A stretch of 64,000 nucleotides of DNA, taken from assembly GCA_027459505.1 (NCBI GenBank), contig DAIDIE010000021.1, positions 16,803 through 80,802 of the forward strand. Reading direction: 5' to 3'. Every line of letters starts with the position of its first letter. Within the stretch, counting starts at the first letter, position 1. The translations under genes and the position numbers were made by a program. Below are positions 62,438 through 64,000 of this stretch, one piece after another. Below the pieces are notes generated by a model. It was not told where the DNA came from. It did no database searches and was given only the letters and a program-made list of their open reading frames with translations. The DNA is from Acidobacteriota bacterium. GTDB lineage: Bacteria; Acidobacteriota; Terriglobia; Terriglobales; SCQP01.

Positions 62438-64000
62438 TTGCCGCTCTTCCTGTCGCTGATTCTGCATGCGCACCAGCCGGTGGGCAATTTTGACCACGTC
62501 ATTGAAGAGGCCTACCAGACCTCCTACCTGCCGTTTGTGGAGGAAGCGGAGCGGCGCCCGTGGCTGCACTTCACCCTGCACTTCAGCGGTTCGCTGCTGG
62601 CCTGGATCGCCGAACGCCATGCGGGCTATATCGAGCGGCTCCGGGTGCTGGTTCAGCAAGGGCGGCTGGAGGTGCTGGGTGGCGGCTATTACGAGCCCAT
62701 TCTGGTCTCGATTCCCGACCGCGACAAGATCGAGCAGATTCAGCGGCTGAGCCAATTGCTCGAGAAGCTGTTCCAGACACGGCCGCGCGGCATCTGGCTC
62801 ACCGAGCGGGTTTGGGAACCGGAGCTGCCGGCGCCACTGCACCGCGCCGGAGTGGATTTTGCCATCATCGATGACACCCACTTCATCCTGGCCGGCCTGG
62901 AGCCGGAGCAGACCTATGGCTATCTGATCACCGAACACGGTGGCAGTCCGCTGCGCGTGGTCCCTTCGAACAAGTTTCTGCGTTGCACCATGCCCTTCCG
63001 GCCGGAGCAGGAGTCACTGGCGTTCCTGCGCGAACAGGCGCAACGCCATCCCGGGGCGCTGCTGACCATGGGTGACGACATGGAAAAGTTTGGAACATGG
63101 CCGCACACCTTTCAGCACGTTTACAAGGATGGGTGGCTGCGCCGCTTCTTCGATCAACTGGAGCAGGAGCAGGAAGTCATTGAGACCACCACGCTGGCGC
63201 AATATCTTGACCAGCATGCGCCGCTAGGGCTGGTTTATTTGCCAACCGCCTCCTACGCCGAGATGATGCAATGGGCGCTGCCGGCGCCGGCGGCGGCGCA
63301 GTTTCACCGGGCGTTGCATGACCCGGCGTCGGAACCCTACCGCCGTTTTCTGAGTGGGGCGCCGTGGCGCAGCTTTCTGGCCAAGTATGGCGAAGCCAAC
63401 CTGATGCACAAGACGGCGCTGGACGTGAGCGCGCGGCTGCATCAGCTTCAACCCGGCGCCGGGTGGGAGCGGGACTTCGCCGCCGCCTACGACGATCTGA
63501 TGGCGGCACAATGCAACGACGCCTATTGGCACGGCCTATTTGGCGGACTGTACGCGCCGCACCTGCGGGACACGGTCTACACGCGCCTGATCGCCGCCGA
63601 CCGGAAGCTGGACGAACTGGCGGGTAATGGGCGGCATATACGCCGTCTGGACCTCAACCTGGATGGGGTAGAGGAGGTGGAGCTGCGGACGCCGGGGGCG
63701 CGCGTTCTGGTGGTACCGGCGGATGGGGGCACGGCGGCGGCCATTGATGACCGGCGGCATGCGGCAGCTCTGGTGAATTCGCTGCAACGGCGGCCGGAGG
63801 TGTACCACGAAGATATCCGGCAAAAGGTGGCCTCCAACCCGGCCAACCTGCCGGGCACGCAACTGCACGATCACGAAAACCTGCAAAAAGCGTTGTGCTA
63901 TGACCGCTATGCACGCGTTTGCGGGCGGCTGTACCTCATGCCCGCGGAAGCGGCCTGGGAACAGTTTGAAAAAAACGAACTGGGTGAAAACGCGGAAGCG
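62438..64000 (+). CDS. glycoside hydrolase family 57 (alpha-amylase/4-alpha-glucanotransferase-like), 3'-partial
   Basis: Not in the ORF track because no stop falls in the window. TTG 62438 follows GAGGAG and an in-frame TGA at 62423. Translation reads LFLSLILHAHQPVGNF...FTLHFSGSLLAWI...YYEPIL...WLTERVWEP...MGDDMEKFG, as in GH57. Confidence 0.85.
   Translation, partial: MPLFLSLILHAHQPVGNFDHVIEEAYQTSYLPFVEEAERRPWLHFTLHFSGSLLAWIAERHAGYIERLRVLVQQGRLEVLGGGYYEPILVSIPDRDKIEQIQRLSQLLEKLFQTRPRGIWLTERVWEPELPAPLHRAGVDFAIIDDTHFILAGLEPEQTYGYLITEHGGSPLRVVPSNKFLRCTMPFRPEQESLAFLREQAQRHPGALLTMGDDMEKFGTWPHTFQHVYKDGWLRRFFDQLEQEQEVIETTTLAQYLDQHAPLGLVYLPTASYAEMMQWALPAPAAAQFHRALHDPASEPYRRFLSGAPWRSFLAKYGEANLMHKTALDVSARLHQLQPGAGWERDFAAAYDDLMAAQCNDAYWHGLFGGLYAPHLRDTVYTRLIAADRKLDELAGNGRHIRRLDLNLDGVEEVELRTPGARVLVVPADGGTAAAIDDRRHAAALVNSLQRRPEVYHEDIRQKVASNPANLPGTQLHDHENLQKALCYDRYARVCGRLYLMPAEAAWEQFEKNELGENAEA

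Overview
GC-rich bacterial chromosomal segment. The gene content fits an Acidobacteriota-like soil organism (fabZ-lpxA-lpxI lipid A cluster, TonB, many GH/GT genes, a secretin with a cohesin-like tail), but the taxon is inference only. I support about 50 protein-coding genes and saw no rRNA, tRNA or CRISPR array. Housekeeping or ordinary blocks are: an FTR1/FtsX-ABC iron uptake cluster, an IorAB-type molybdoenzyme with XdhC and MocA, an M20 peptidase, the lipid A genes, GH31/GH3/GH57/GDE/GT4 glycan genes, smc, an Aas-like acyltransferase/ligase, an AAA+/VWA pair, and smpB. Main points of interest, in order: (1) A four-gene operon at 51281-58441 in which a radical SAM enzyme sits between the two halves of a split PlsA/HgdC-type 'double activase + DUF2229' machine. 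I propose it as a candidate ether or membrane-spanning lipid system, or another ATP-driven radical system. (2) A roughly 170-nt structured intergenic repeat family with five same-orientation copies. All abut gene ends, one carries a nested MITE-like insertion, and one lacks its central module. (3) A peroxiredoxin-like gene with an in-frame TGA exactly at the first Cys of the CxxC motif, a candidate selenoprotein. (4) Unusual fusions: an ABC ATPase fused to a DtxR-like domain, FTR1 fused to DUF2318, and a CDF transporter with three C-terminal domains. (5) Heptanucleotide tandem arrays around an orphan low-complexity HTH gene. (6) A vapBC pair whose vapC carries an in-frame stop. Everything rests on reading the sequence and on motif memory. 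No searches were run.
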